A DNA stretch of 64,000 nt from Longimicrobiales bacterium. Its GTDB lineage: Bacteria; Gemmatimonadota; Gemmatimonadetes; Longimicrobiales; Gaopeijiaceae. Shown one piece after another: positions 1-10,863 of the stretch. The stretch's first letter is position 1. Each line of letters begins with the position of its first letter. The position numbers were made by a program, and so were the translations under genes. The notes under the pieces are model-generated. The model was not told the origin of the DNA, did no database searches, and saw only the letters and a program-made list of their open reading frames with translations. The stretch lies in contig OZ242008.1 of NCBI GenBank assembly GCA_965204735.1, forward strand, positions 2,144,001-2,208,000, read 5' to 3'.

Positions 1-2005
1 TCGCGTCCGTCGTCGTCCCCTGCCGCCGAATGTAGGCCCCCGACCCCGCAGGAAACGTCAGCGCGTTCGCGCCGATGCTGATCCCCGTCGAGTCCCTGTC
101 CGCCGCCACGACCGTATAGCAGAAGAACGCAAACCTGGGGTTCTGGCCGCACAGCGGGGCCTGCCGCGTCTGCGTCCCGATCCCCAGCGCCAGTTGCGCC
201 TGCGTCGCCGTCGTCGTCGCAATCCTAACGTTCGTGTTGAACCCAACGATCACGCGAACCACATCCCCCGATCCGAACACGCTGTCCGTGCCGGCATGGA
301 ATATCTGCACCCCCTGCGGGTTCGCGACAAAGATGGTCGTCACGTAGGGCACGTCGCCCGTCACCTTGTGCCCCGTCGCGTTCGAGATCGCGTGGCCGCC
401 CAAACCAAGGTTCGCGTTCGCCGATCCGCCCTTGAGCTCGATCGTCCCGCCGTTCAACGCCAAAGCGCTCGCGCCGATGCTGATCCCCGTCGTGTCCACG
501 TCCGCCACGACCACTGTATAGCGAAACCGCAATGAATTGGTGCCCGTGCCCGCCGCGTAGCCCGCCTGCCGCGTCTGCGTCCCGATCCCCAGCGCCACCT
601 GCGGCGTTCCCGTCACGTCCACCGGACGGTCGAAGGCGACCTTGACCTCGATCACGTTCCCTTCCGCGTACGCGCTGTCCGCGCCCGGGTCGCTGCTGAT
701 CGACACGGCGCTCACGTTCGGCGCCACCTCCTTCGTGCCGTCCACCTTGAAAGCAGCATTGTCCGTGTTGTCGTGCGCCGCCAGCGACAGGTTGGCGTTC
801 GTCGACGTGCCCTGCCGCCGGATCGCGCCCCCGGGTATCGTCAGCGCGCTCGCGCCGATGCTGATCCCCGTCGAATCCCTGTCCGCCGCCACGACCGTGT
901 AGTTGAAGTACAGCGAGTGGGCGTTGAACGCGTAGAAGGTCGCGCTTCTCGTGTTCGCCCCGATGGTCAAGGCCAGCCGCGGCCACTGAGTGTGCCAGCT
1001 GATCGGCCTGTCGAACGTCACCTTCACCCTGATGACGTCTTCCAGCCCGAAGGTGCTGTCCGCCGCAGCCTGCGTCATGACAGCGCCTTGTGCGGTGATG
1101 TATTCCACGGCAGACACGAACGGCGGCGCCACCTTGGTGCCGTCCACCTTGTAGGCCACATTGTTCGTGAACGTGTGGTCAGCCAGCGACACGTTCGCGT
1201 CCGTCGTCGTCCCCAGCCGCCGAATGTAGTGCCCAGATGGTATCGTCAGCGCGTTCGCGCCGATGCTGATCCCGGTCGAATCCCTGTCAGCCGCCACGAC
1301 CGTGTAGCAGAAGACCGCAATCGAGGCGGTGCGGGTGCACACCGAGCTCTGCCGCGTCTGCGTCCCGATCTCCAGCGCCAGGTGCGCCGGCGGCTGCACC
1401 TCCACCGAAAAAACGTTCGTGTTGAACACTACGGCCACCCGAATCTCGTCCCCAAGCCCGAACACGCTGTCCGTGCTCGCATGGAATATCTCCGTCCCTG
1501 CGGAGTTCACGAGAAACATGGCCGTCACGTAGGGCACGTCGCCCGTCACCTTGTGCCCCGACGCGTTCGAGATCGCGTTCGTCCCCAACCCCAAGTTCGC
1601 GGCCGTCGCGCCGCCCGCGATCTGGATCGTCCCGCCGTTCAGCGCCAAAGCGCTCGCGCCGATGCTGATGCCGTCCGCGTCCGCGTCCGCCACGACCACT
1701 GTATAGCGGAACCTCAAAGACGTGGTGCCCGAGCCCGTCGCGTAGTCCGCCTGCCGCGTCTGCGTCCCGATCCCCAGCGCCACACGCGGCGTTCCCGTCA
1801 CGTCCACCGACTGGTCGAAGTCGACCTTGACCTCGATCGTGTTGCCTTCGGCGTACGCGCTGTCAGCGCCCGGGTCGCTGGAAATCGACACGCCGCTCAC
1901 GTTCGGCGTCTGGGCGTTCGCAACGACCGGCGACCCGGCGACCACCAGCCCGGCGACCACCAGCACCAAGCCGAGAGCCGAAAGAAGCCTTCGCACTACC
2001 CACAT
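1..2005 (-). CDS. Giant repeat surface protein/adhesin, N-terminal part (runs off left edge); paralogue of 43767-54203
   Basis: Not in the ORF track because there is no stop in the window. Manual translation from ATG 2005 gives MWVVRRLLSALGLVLVVAGLVVAGSPVVANAQTPNVSGVSISSDPGADSAYAEGNTIEVKVDFDQSVDVTGTPRVALGIGTQTRQADY...; no stop seen down to position 1. Signal peptide, then 5 copies (the last partial) of the same ~120-aa repeat as the 3478-aa protein. Confidence 0.9.
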   Translation of the reverse strand, partial: MWVVRRLLSALGLVLVVAGLVVAGSPVVANAQTPNVSGVSISSDPGADSAYAEGNTIEVKVDFDQSVDVTGTPRVALGIGTQTRQADYATGSGTTSLRFRYTVVVADADADGISIGASALALNGGTIQIAGGATAANLGLGTNAISNASGHKVTGDVPYVTAMFLVNSAGTEIFHASTDSVFGLGDEIRVAVVFNTNVFSVEVQPPAHLALEIGTQTRQSSVCTRTASIAVFCYTVVAADRDSTGISIGANALTIPSGHYIRRLGTTTDANVSLADHTFTNNVAYKVDGTKVAPPFVSAVEYITAQGAVMTQAAADSTFGLEDVIRVKVTFDRPISWHTQWPRLALTIGANTRSATFYAFNAHSLYFNYTVVAADRDSTGISIGASALTIPGGAIRRQGTSTNANLSLAAHDNTDNAAFKVDGTKEVAPNVSAVSISSDPGADSAYAEGNVIEVKVAFDRPVDVTGTPQVALGIGTQTRQAGYAAGTGTNSLRFRYTVVVADVDTTGISIGASALALNGGTIELKGGSANANLGLGGHAISNATGHKVTGDVPYVTTIFVANPQGVQIFHAGTDSVFGSGDVVRVIVGFNTNVRIATTTATQAQLALGIGTQTRQAPLCGQNPRFAFFCYTVVAADRDSTGISIGANALTFPAGSGAYIRRQGTTTDA

Positions 2006-2057
2006 GGCACGCCACCTGCATCCGGGCTTGGTCCGAGATGGCGAATACTGAAAGGCG

Positions 2058-2089
<32 letters not shown>

Positions 2090-2117
2090 AATGGAAGCTC
2101 ATCTTGGCCAAGCTCCA

Positions 2118-2155
2118 GGAAGGTGGGCGAACGCCGGGAAGGTGGGCGAACGCCG
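2118..2155. repeat. Perfect 19-bp tandem duplication (ggaaggtgggcgaacgccg x2)
   Basis: Copies at 2118-2136 and 2137-2155, upstream of the poly-C leader. Confidence 0.9.
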
Positions 2156-2296
2156 AAGGACAGCACCGTTGGCGGCATGTATCGGTCGGTCGAATATAGC
2201 AGTAGAGGTTGCAGATGGGGAGGCGCAATGGTCCGAAAGGCTCCCCGACCAAGCGCCCGAGCGCCAGGGCCGCCATCCGAACGGCGCCGCCGTTGA

Positions 2297-3246
2297 TCAT
2301 CTCCACTCCACGTCTTGGATGGCGGTCCAGGGAACGACTTCGGCGCCGCTCCGCCGACCGAGCGGGCCGTCGCCGCCGTAGACCAGCCGGGCGACGGGCT
2401 CCAGGTGCGGGTTGGCGCGTCGGGCGCGTTCCGGGAACGTCTTCAGCGCCCGGAAGAACTCGGACGTGACGGTGGCGCCCGACTTCACCTCCACGGCGAT
2501 CGTGCGTCGGGCCGACTCGACCACCAAGTCCAGCTCCACGCCCCTCGCCTCGCGAAGGTGGAAGAGGCCGTCCGTCTCGCCTCGGTGCACGCGCGCCTTC
2601 AGGATCTCGGACGCGCACCAGCTCTCGAACAGCGCGCCGCGCAGCGGGTGGACGCGCAGCTGGTCGGGGTCGCGAACTCCCAGCAGCCGGCACGCAAGCC
2701 CCGAGTCCACGAAGTGCAGCTTGGGCGCCTTGACCAGGCGCTTGCGGAAGTTCCGCAGCCACGGGGCCGCGCGGAAGACGACGAAGCTGGCTTCGAGCAC
2801 CGAGAGCCATGCTCGCACGGTCGCGTGGGCCACGCCCGCGTCGGACCCCAGCGACGACAGGTTGAGTTCCTGGGCCGTGCGCCCCGCCGCCAAGCGCAGG
2901 AAGGTGGTGAAGGCGGTCAGGTTGGTCACTTGGAGCACTTGGCGAACATCCCGCTGGACGATACGTGTCGGCGTACCCGGCCAGCCATTCGTCCGCCGGA
3001 GAAGAGGCCAGGCGCCCGCTGAACTTCGTCGAACACCACGGGGCCGGAGTGCTGGGCCAGAAACCCCCTCGGGTCCGTCTCGGCGAACTCGCGCCCGTCC
3101 AGCGGCTCCAGGCTCACGTAGTCGTGGTCCGGGAAGCACGCACGACACAAGGTCGTCTTGCCCGACTGGCGCGGGCCGGTCACCGCGACCACCGGGGACT
3201 GGCGGGCGGCACGGCGCAGGCTCGGCTCGAGGGTGCGGGCGATCAT
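2297..3246 (-). pseudogene. AAA+ ATPase (AAA_14 + DUF4143 type) with internal deletion and frameshifts
   Basis: N-terminus MIARTLEP...GPRQSGKTT (Walker A)...VVFDEVQRAPGLFS (Walker B) is in one frame. PADEWLAGYADTY is in a second frame near 2962-3000. VQRDVRQ...KAPKLHFVDSGL...GALFESW...ELDLV...IAVEVKSG is in a third frame. The central segment typical of the family is missing. Confidence 0.85.
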
Positions 3247-3253
3247 GGCACGG

Positions 3254-3282
3254 ATCGTAGATCGCATTGCCGATCGGTGCAA
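3254..3282 (-). promoter_or_regulatory. Putative sigma70 promoter, near-leaderless transcript of the AAA ATPase gene
   Basis: TTGCAC-N17-TACGAT, 7 nt before ATG 3246. Confidence 0.5.
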
Positions 3283-3367
3283 CCGGCAACCGAGCCCCAT
3301 CGCCGCACGCCGACTCGCTCTATCCGTAGTCCCCGAAACGCAACCAGATTCCTCGGATCATGTCTGT

Positions 3368-4270
3368 CTATCGGGGAATAGAGCATCCTGCCCAATGGCC
3401 CCCTTTGGGCAAGGCGGGATCATAAATCGGCTTGTGCATGGGGCGGGTTCGCAGTACGCCTGCGTCCAGGTCGCGGACGCGTTGACGGGCGATCTCGACG
3501 TACTCGGAGACTACGTCGCAACCGAAGGCGGCGCGTCCGTGCTTGCGGGCTGCCACCACAGACGATCCGACGCCCATGTAGGGATCCAAGACGGAGCCTC
3601 CCTGTTCGGTCATGGACAAGACCAGCCTCTCCACGAGCTCGACTGGGAACTGGCAAGGATGCGTCGTCTTCTCGACGTGATTGGCCTTTACGTTCGGGAT
3701 GTCCCACACGTCCGAGGGGTTCTTGCCCAGTGGGTTTCCCGACCGTTTTCCCCTGTTCGGGCCCTTGAAGTACTTCTTGCCGGGGTACTTCGAGGGGACC
3801 CGAACCGGATCGACGTTGAAGTAGTAGTCGTCCGACTTCGTGAACCACAGAATGGTCTCGTATCGACCGGAGAACCTCTTTGTGCAGTGCAGTCCGTGGC
3901 CAAAGCGCCACACGATCCGGTTGCGCAGCTTCAGTCCGTGGGACTTGAACACGTCGTACAGCACAATGTCCAAGGGAAACACCTCGCGGTTGCGCACGTG
4001 GTTGCCAACCTGCCAACAGATCGACCCCTTGGGATCAAGTACCCTCACGCACTCGGCGACGGTCGCCTCCTGTTCCTCCAAGTAGCGGTCGAGGCTTGTG
4101 CGCGTTTCGTACGCCTTGCCGATGTTGTAGGGAGGCGAAGTGACGACCAGATGCATCGAATCGCTGGACAACGTTGCAAGAAAGTCCAGGTTGTCGGCGC
4201 ATTCGATTCTCGCGGCGAGGCTGGGGTCCGGCCCGCTTGCGATTTCAGCGCCGAGAACGTATTGGGTCAA
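3368..4270 (-). CDS. Site-specific DNA methyltransferase, N4-cytosine type, beta class (M.BglII-like)
   Basis: Motif IV TSPPYNIGK precedes motif I VLDPYMGVGSS; HPCQFPVELVERL. TTG 4270 overlaps the pyrC stop (TTGA). Lower GC than its neighbours. Confidence 0.9.
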   Translation of the reverse strand: MTQYVLGAEIASGPDPSLAARIECADNLDFLATLSSDSMHLVVTSPPYNIGKAYETRTSLDRYLEEQEATVAECVRVLDPKGSICWQVGNHVRNREVFPLDIVLYDVFKSHGLKLRNRIVWRFGHGLHCTKRFSGRYETILWFTKSDDYYFNVDPVRVPSKYPGKKYFKGPNRGKRSGNPLGKNPSDVWDIPNVKANHVEKTTHPCQFPVELVERLVLSMTEQGGSVLDPYMGVGSSVVAARKHGRAAFGCDVVSEYVEIARQRVRDLDAGVLRTRPMHKPIYDPALPKGGHWAGCSIPR

Positions 4271-5571
4271 CTGTCCAGCCCCCAGACGGTCTCGCCCGCC
4301 ACTACAGTTCGGACCACCCGGCCCACGAGGCGCCGGCCCGCGAAGGGCGTGTTGCGGCTCTTGGAGAGAAAGGAGTCGGGGTCCGCTTCCCACTCTTCCT
4401 TCGGATCGATCAGAGTCAGGTCGGCCGGGGAGCCCGGGGCCAAGCCGCCGCCGGGCAGGCCCAGGGCGCGCGTCGGGCCGGCCGACATGCGCTCGATCAG
4501 CGTGGGCAAGTCCGTGACGCCCTTCAGGACCAGATCGGTGTGGAGGACCGCAAAGGCGGTCTCGAAGCCCACGGCGCCGTAGGGGGCGTCGTCGAACGCC
4601 TGCTCCTTCTCGTCGTAGTGGCGGGGCGCGTGGTCGGTGGCCACCGCGTCGATCGCGCCTTCGGCCAGGGCCGCCTGCAACGCCTCCACGTCTCCAAGGG
4701 GCCGCAGGGGCGGGTCCACCTTGTAGTTGGAGCCGTAGCTGTCCAGCAGGTCGTGGGAGAGAAGCAGGTGGTGCGGGGTCGCCTCGGCGGTGACCTGCAC
4801 GCCGCGCTCCCGCGCTTGGCGGATCAGCCGGCAGGCGGCGGCGGTGGAGACCCGCTGCAGGTGGAGGCGGCCGCCCGTCGCCTCGGCCAGCGCCAAGTCC
4901 CGGTGGACGCCGATCTCCTCGGCGGCGCCCGGCTTGCCCCGCAGACCCAGGCGGGTGGACACGACCCCCTCGTGCATGACGGCGCCCTCCGCCAGCCAGG
5001 GGTCCTCCGAATGGGCCAGCACCGGAACGCCGAACGACTGGGCGTACTCCAGGGCCAGGCGCATCAGCGCCGACGAGCGGAGCGCGCGGCCCGCGTCGCC
5101 CACGGCCACCGCTCCCGCTTCCACGACTTCGCCGAACTCGGTGAGGCGCTCCCCTGCCCTGCCGACCGTGACCGCCGCCGCCGGGAAGACCCTGGCGCCC
5201 GAGGCTCGGCGTCCAGCCGCCACCACGAACCCGACCGCAGCGGGATCGTCCACGGGCGGGTCGGTGTCGGGCATGGCGCACACCGCCGTGAAGCCGCCCG
5301 CCGCCGCGGCCGCCACGCCGGAAGCGATCGTCTCGCAGTGCTCCCAGCCGGGCTCGCAGAGGTGGGCGTGAGGGTCCACGAAGCCCGGCGCGACGACGAG
5401 GCCGACGGCGTCGATCGACTTCGCGGGCGGCGAGCCCTCCGGCGGCGCAGTCGACGCCAAGTTCTCGCCGACCGCGGCGATCCTTCCGTCCTCGACCAGC
5501 ACGTCGCACACGGCGTCGAGCCCCTGGACCGGGTCGATCACCCGGCCTCCCTGCACCAGCAGTCGGGTCAC
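4267..5571 (-). CDS. pyrC: Dihydroorotase-family protein (type I), possibly a catalytically inactive PyrC'
   Basis: VTRLLVQGGRVIDP...PGFVDPHAHLCEPG...AAGGFTAVCAMPDT...EATPHHLLL...KVDPPLR...ATDHAP...SKSRNTPF; lies downstream of pyrB. Confidence 0.9.
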   Translation of the reverse strand: MTRLLVQGGRVIDPVQGLDAVCDVLVEDGRIAAVGENLASTAPPEGSPPAKSIDAVGLVVAPGFVDPHAHLCEPGWEHCETIASGVAAAAAGGFTAVCAMPDTDPPVDDPAAVGFVVAAGRRASGARVFPAAAVTVGRAGERLTEFGEVVEAGAVAVGDAGRALRSSALMRLALEYAQSFGVPVLAHSEDPWLAEGAVMHEGVVSTRLGLRGKPGAAEEIGVHRDLALAEATGGRLHLQRVSTAAACRLIRQARERGVQVTAEATPHHLLLSHDLLDSYGSNYKVDPPLRPLGDVEALQAALAEGAIDAVATDHAPRHYDEKEQAFDDAPYGAVGFETAFAVLHTDLVLKGVTDLPTLIERMSAGPTRALGLPGGGLAPGSPADLTLIDPKEEWEADPDSFLSKSRNTPFAGRRLVGRVVRTVVAGETVWGLDS

Positions 5572-5641
5572 CGGCTCGCGCTCCCGACCGGGCGGCAGCG
5601 GCGGCCAGGCGGCCGCGGCCTGCTCGGACCCAGCAGTCGGA

Positions 5642-6801
<1,160 letters not shown>

Positions 6802-6805
<4 letters not shown>

Positions 6806-7329
6806 CGCGGCGTCGTGTCGGTCACCACGACGGCCAGGCTGCCGTCCACGCGGGGCACCAGCACGTCCACGCGCTGGCGGGGCAGCACTTGGCAGATTCG
6901 GCCCACGATGTCGGGCTGGATCGGCATCTGCCGCTCTCCCCTGTCCACCAGGACGCAGAGGAGTATTCGCGCTGGACGACCGAAGTCCATGAGCTCGTTG
7001 AGGGCCGCCCGCACAGTGCGGCCCGTGTACGCCACGTCGTCCACGAGCACGACCGCCTTGCCGTCCACGCCGCCCGGGGGAAGCCGCGTCTCGCCGACCC
7101 GGGGCAGGTGGCCCAGGGCCATGAGGTCGTCCCGGTACATGGTGATGTCCAGAGTGCCCGTGGGAACCGGCTCGCCCTCGACGGCGGCCGCCTCGGCGCC
7201 GATCATGGCGGCCAGGTCGACCCCCCGGCGCTGGATGCCCATCAAGACCAGGTCGCGCCCGCCGCCGGCCTTCTCCAGGACTTCGTGGGCCATGCGGTCC
7301 ACGGCCCGCCGGACGGCGCCGGCGTCCAT
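6802..7329 (-). CDS. pyrR: Bifunctional pyrimidine regulator/uracil phosphoribosyltransferase
   Basis: [56 protein letters not shown]. Start codon uncertain. Confidence 0.93.
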
Positions 7330-7503
7330 GAGCACCGTGGGCGTCGGCGAAGTCGCCGGGAGTTCGGCAGCCGACGGGACGGAAGGGCCGGCCGGGGGGC
7401 TGTCTGGGTTCGCGCCTGGGTTCACGGCGGGGAAAGGTAATTGCCATGTGAACGACAGTCCAACATGATGGAGAACGGCCCAAGACCCTGCCCAGGAGTG
7501 CCG

Positions 7504-9528
7504 ATGTTCCGTCTCCAAGCGCCGATCTCGCGTACACGCGGAGCGACCCGTCCCCGGACGCTCGCCCGACACTTCCCCTGTTGGCTGGGCGTGCTCGCGC
7601 TCGCGCTCCCGGCCGCGGCCAGCGGCCAGCGCGTGAGCGACGGCCCCAAGGTCGTGCTGGGGTCGGTGCCCTTCTCCCTGTCCGTGGAGGGGCAACCCCT
7701 CGCGGCGGACGGAGAGCCGGGCCTCTCCGCCCTGGTGGAGGTTCGGGACGCCCACGGCGCCCTCTTGGCGTCGGGAGCGGTGGACGCCGGGGAAGTGCGG
7801 GAGTTCCGGGATATCTCCGTCGCTTCCCGGGACGCGCTGCCCCTCTCGGTGCGGGCGGGCGAATCGGTGGAGGAGTTCTCCCGTCCCTACGCGCCGGGGT
7901 GGTTCTCGGTGCTTCCGCCCCTCTTCGCGATCCTGCTTGCGCTGGTCTTCAAGGAAGTGATCACGGCGCTGGTGGCGGGGGTGTGGCTGGGGGCGCTGGC
8001 GGTGTCGGGCTACAACCCGGTGGAGGCCACTTGGCGCCTGGTGGACCAGTACGTCGTCTCGGCGCTGGCCGACACGAGCAGCGGCCACGCCCAGATCGTG
8101 ATCTTCAGCCTGATGCTGGGCGGAATGGTGGGGATCATCGGCCGCAACGGGGGCACCCTGGGAGTGGTCCGGGCGGTGGCGCCCCTGGCGAGGAACCGTC
8201 GCCGAGGGAAGGTGGCCACTGCCCTGGCCGGCCTGGCGATCTTCTTCGACGACTACGCCAACACGCTGGTGGTGGGCAACACGATGCGGCCCATCACCGA
8301 CAAGCTGAGGATCTCCCGCGAGAAGCTGGCGTACCTGGTGGACTCGACGGCGGCGCCGGTGGCGGCCCTGGTGCCCGTGTCGACCTGGGTCGGCTACGAG
8401 ATCTCGCTGATCGGAGGGGGACTGGAGGCGGCCGCCGCGGAGGCGCAGGGCGCGGACGCCGCCTTCCTGGCCGGGATCAGTCCCTTCGCCGTCTTCCTGG
8501 AGACGATTCCCTACCTCTTCTACCCGCTCCTGGCCATGGCCTTCGTCCTGCTCACGTCGGCGACGAACCGCGACTTCGGGGCCATGGCGAAGGCGGAAGC
8601 CCGGGCCGCCAAGGGCGACGGGCTCAACCGACCGGGCGCCACGCCCGCGACCGACACGTCGGGCAGCTTCCTGAAGGCCAAGGAAGGGACGCCGGTTCGC
8701 TGGTGGAACGCCGCGCTGCCCGTGCTGACGGTGGTGGCGGTCGTCCTGGGCGGACTCTACGCGACCGGGCGCGCCGGCGCGGGTCCCGACGCCTCGCTGA
8801 TGGACGTCTTCGGCGCGTCGGACCCCTTCAGCACGCTGCTGTGGGGCTCGTTCGCCGGATGCCTGGTCGCCCTGGCGCTCTCGGTGTCGCAGCGGCTGCT
8901 CACGGTCCACGAGTGCGTGGACGCCTGGACCGGAGGCGTGCGCGCCATGATGATCGCCATGGTGATCCTGACGCTGGCCTGGGCCCTGGGAGCGGTGACG
9001 ACGGACGTGGGCACCGCGGGCTACCTCGCCCAGCTGCTCGAGGGCAACCTTCCCCTCGTCCTCCTCCCGGCGGTGGTGTTCGTCACGTCGGGGGCGATGG
9101 CCTTCGCGACGGGCACGTCGTGGACGACGATGGCGATCATGATCCCCCTGGTGGTGCCCCTCGTCGTCTCCTTGGCGGGCGGAACCGGCTTCGCCGACGG
9201 CGCCCAGTACGGCATCCTGCTCGGCTCGGTGAGCTCGGTGCTGGCGGGAGCGATCTGGGGCGATCACTGCTCGCCGATCTCCGACACCACGGTGCTGTCG
9301 TCCACGGCCGCGGCGTGCGACCACGTGGACCACGTGCGGACCCAGCTGCCGTACGCCATGCTGGTGGGCGCGGTGGGGCTGGCGCTGGGCAACGTGGGGA
9401 CGGCGCTGGGGCTTCCGGTGTGGATCGCCCTGCCCGCCGGCGTGGCGCTGCTGGCCGTCTTCCTGCGGGTCTTCGGGACGCCGGTGCCGGAGGTGGAAGA
9501 GGCGGACGGGAGGCGGGCGGAGACGTAG
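7504..9528 (+). CDS. Na+/H+ antiporter NhaC-family transporter with N-terminal soluble extension
   Basis: [71 protein letters not shown]...[17 protein letters not shown] precedes ATG 7504. Confidence 0.92.
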   Translation: MFRLQAPISRTRGATRPRTLARHFPCWLGVLALALPAAASGQRVSDGPKVVLGSVPFSLSVEGQPLAADGEPGLSALVEVRDAHGALLASGAVDAGEVREFRDISVASRDALPLSVRAGESVEEFSRPYAPGWFSVLPPLFAILLALVFKEVITALVAGVWLGALAVSGYNPVEATWRLVDQYVVSALADTSSGHAQIVIFSLMLGGMVGIIGRNGGTLGVVRAVAPLARNRRRGKVATALAGLAIFFDDYANTLVVGNTMRPITDKLRISREKLAYLVDSTAAPVAALVPVSTWVGYEISLIGGGLEAAAAEAQGADAAFLAGISPFAVFLETIPYLFYPLLAMAFVLLTSATNRDFGAMAKAEARAAKGDGLNRPGATPATDTSGSFLKAKEGTPVRWWNAALPVLTVVAVVLGGLYATGRAGAGPDASLMDVFGASDPFSTLLWGSFAGCLVALALSVSQRLLTVHECVDAWTGGVRAMMIAMVILTLAWALGAVTTDVGTAGYLAQLLEGNLPLVLLPAVVFVTSGAMAFATGTSWTTMAIMIPLVVPLVVSLAGGTGFADGAQYGILLGSVSSVLAGAIWGDHCSPISDTTVLSSTAAACDHVDHVRTQLPYAMLVGAVGLALGNVGTALGLPVWIALPAGVALLAVFLRVFGTPVPEVEEADGRRAET

Positions 9529-9565
9529 CGCGCACTTCGCGCGCGGTCCTGCGCGACGGGGCGTC

Positions 9566-10090
9566 CTACCGCCGGCGTCGCCCCCGACGGGCGCGGAAGA
9601 ACGTTCTCAGCAGCTCCGCGGACTCGTCGGCCAGAACGCCGGCAAGGACTTCGGCGCGGTGGTTGAGGCGGGGGTGGCGGACCAGGTCGCCCAAGCTGCC
9701 GGCCATCCCTGCCTTGGGGTCGGGGGCGCCGTAGACCAGGCGCGGCAGGCGGGCCAGCACGACGGCGCCGGCGCAGTGGGCGCAGGGCTCCAGGGTCGCG
9801 TAGAGGGTGCATCCTTCCAGGCGCCAGTCGCCCAGCGCACGGGCCGCGCTCCGGATCGCCACCGCTTCGGCGTGGGCGGTCGGGTCGGACCACGCCGCCG
9901 TGCGGTTGTGGGCCTCGGCCAGCAGGCGGCCGTCGCGGACGATCACCGCGCCGACGGGCGCTTCGCCCCGGATTGCGGCGACGCGGGCCATCTCCAGCGC
10001 CCGGGCCATCCAGGCCAGGTCCTGGGCGCCGGGGGAAGGCGGGGACGAAGCGCCGGCAGGCGCCGAAGAGCGGCCCGCTGGCGCCGACAC
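9566..10090 (-). CDS. tadA: tRNA adenosine(34) deaminase
   Basis: GEAPVGAVIV, DPTAHAE, TLYATLEPCAHCAGA, LVYGAPDPKAG. Start approximate. Confidence 0.92.
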   Translation of the reverse strand: MSAPAGRSSAPAGASSPPSPGAQDLAWMARALEMARVAAIRGEAPVGAVIVRDGRLLAEAHNRTAAWSDPTAHAEAVAIRSAARALGDWRLEGCTLYATLEPCAHCAGAVVLARLPRLVYGAPDPKAGMAGSLGDLVRHPRLNHRAEVLAGVLADESAELLRTFFRARRGRRRR

Positions 10091-10095
10091 GGCGG

Positions 10096-10863
10096 CTAGT
10101 GGGCGGTGAGGGCGGCCGTAAAGGGCAACGGGCCCACCCGGCGGTAGAGGGCCGACACCCGTCCGACGATCGCCGGCCGCCGATCGGATTCCTCCATCGT
10201 CGCCGCGGCGGCCGGCATGCCGCCTCCCTCCATGGGGTAGAGCGAGATTCCCGTGGTCGTTCGCCGCAGCCGGTAGTACCCGGAGGCTCCGTCCAGGCTG
10301 GCGGCCACGATCTCGCCGTCCGCCAACTCCTCTGCCGCGACCGGCTCGATCACCAGAAAGTCCCCTTCGTCGATCCCCGCGGCGGCCAGGCGGTCGCCGG
10401 GACTCCGCACCATGAAGCTCCCCTTGCGGCCGACCAGCTGCCGGTCGAGGGCCAGGCGCAACGGGGCGCTTCCCGTGCCCGCCCCGTCGGCCGCCTCCGC
10501 CAAGTCGCGGTAGCACGCCACGTTGACGGTCGGGGGACCAAGGTCCAGCCCCACGATCCTGACCGCTCGAGACCGCGACGGGTCCCGCTCCAGAAACCCC
10601 TTCTCCGCCAACGACCGCAGGTGCTCGGAAACCGTCTTGGTGCTCTTGATGCCGAACCGCTCGCCGATCTCCCTGATCGACGGCTGATAGGTGTTCGCGC
10701 GCAGGTAGCGCACCATGAAGTCCAGGATCTCGCGCTCCATGCCGGTCAGTCGGGAGGCGACGGGAGCGGGGGCGGCTCGAGGCGACGTCGCCGGGCCGGA
10801 CTTGGAAGCGAGTGGCATCTGGTATCGAGGCGGGGACGGCGGTTCGGGGAGGGCGGGAATCAT
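10096..10863 (-). CDS. lexA: LexA-like repressor with degenerate peptidase domain
   Basis: LexA wHTH: EREILDFMVRYLRANTYQPSIREIGERFGIKSTKTVSEHLRSLAEKGFLERDPSRSRAV. S24-like C-terminal domain. ATG 10863 overlaps the gltX stop; an alternative start is 10818. Confidence 0.8.
   Translation of the reverse strand: MIPALPEPPSPPRYQMPLASKSGPATSPRAAPAPVASRLTGMEREILDFMVRYLRANTYQPSIREIGERFGIKSTKTVSEHLRSLAEKGFLERDPSRSRAVRIVGLDLGPPTVNVACYRDLAEAADGAGTGSAPLRLALDRQLVGRKGSFMVRSPGDRLAAAGIDEGDFLVIEPVAAEELADGEIVAASLDGASGYYRLRRTTTGISLYPMEGGGMPAAAATMEESDRRPAIVGRVSALYRRVGPLPFTAALTAH

Noticed and set aside
3368..5509. ORF-track fusions such as the 713-aa MTase, 1546-aa GltX, 928-aa IspG and 1260-aa DinG
   Set aside because: The N-terminal extensions are off-frame readings of upstream genes; true starts mostly coincide with stop/start overlaps or the first family motifs.
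7330..7503. PyrR-binding attenuator upstream of pyrR
   Set aside because: No recognisable PyrR binding loop or terminator/antiterminator.
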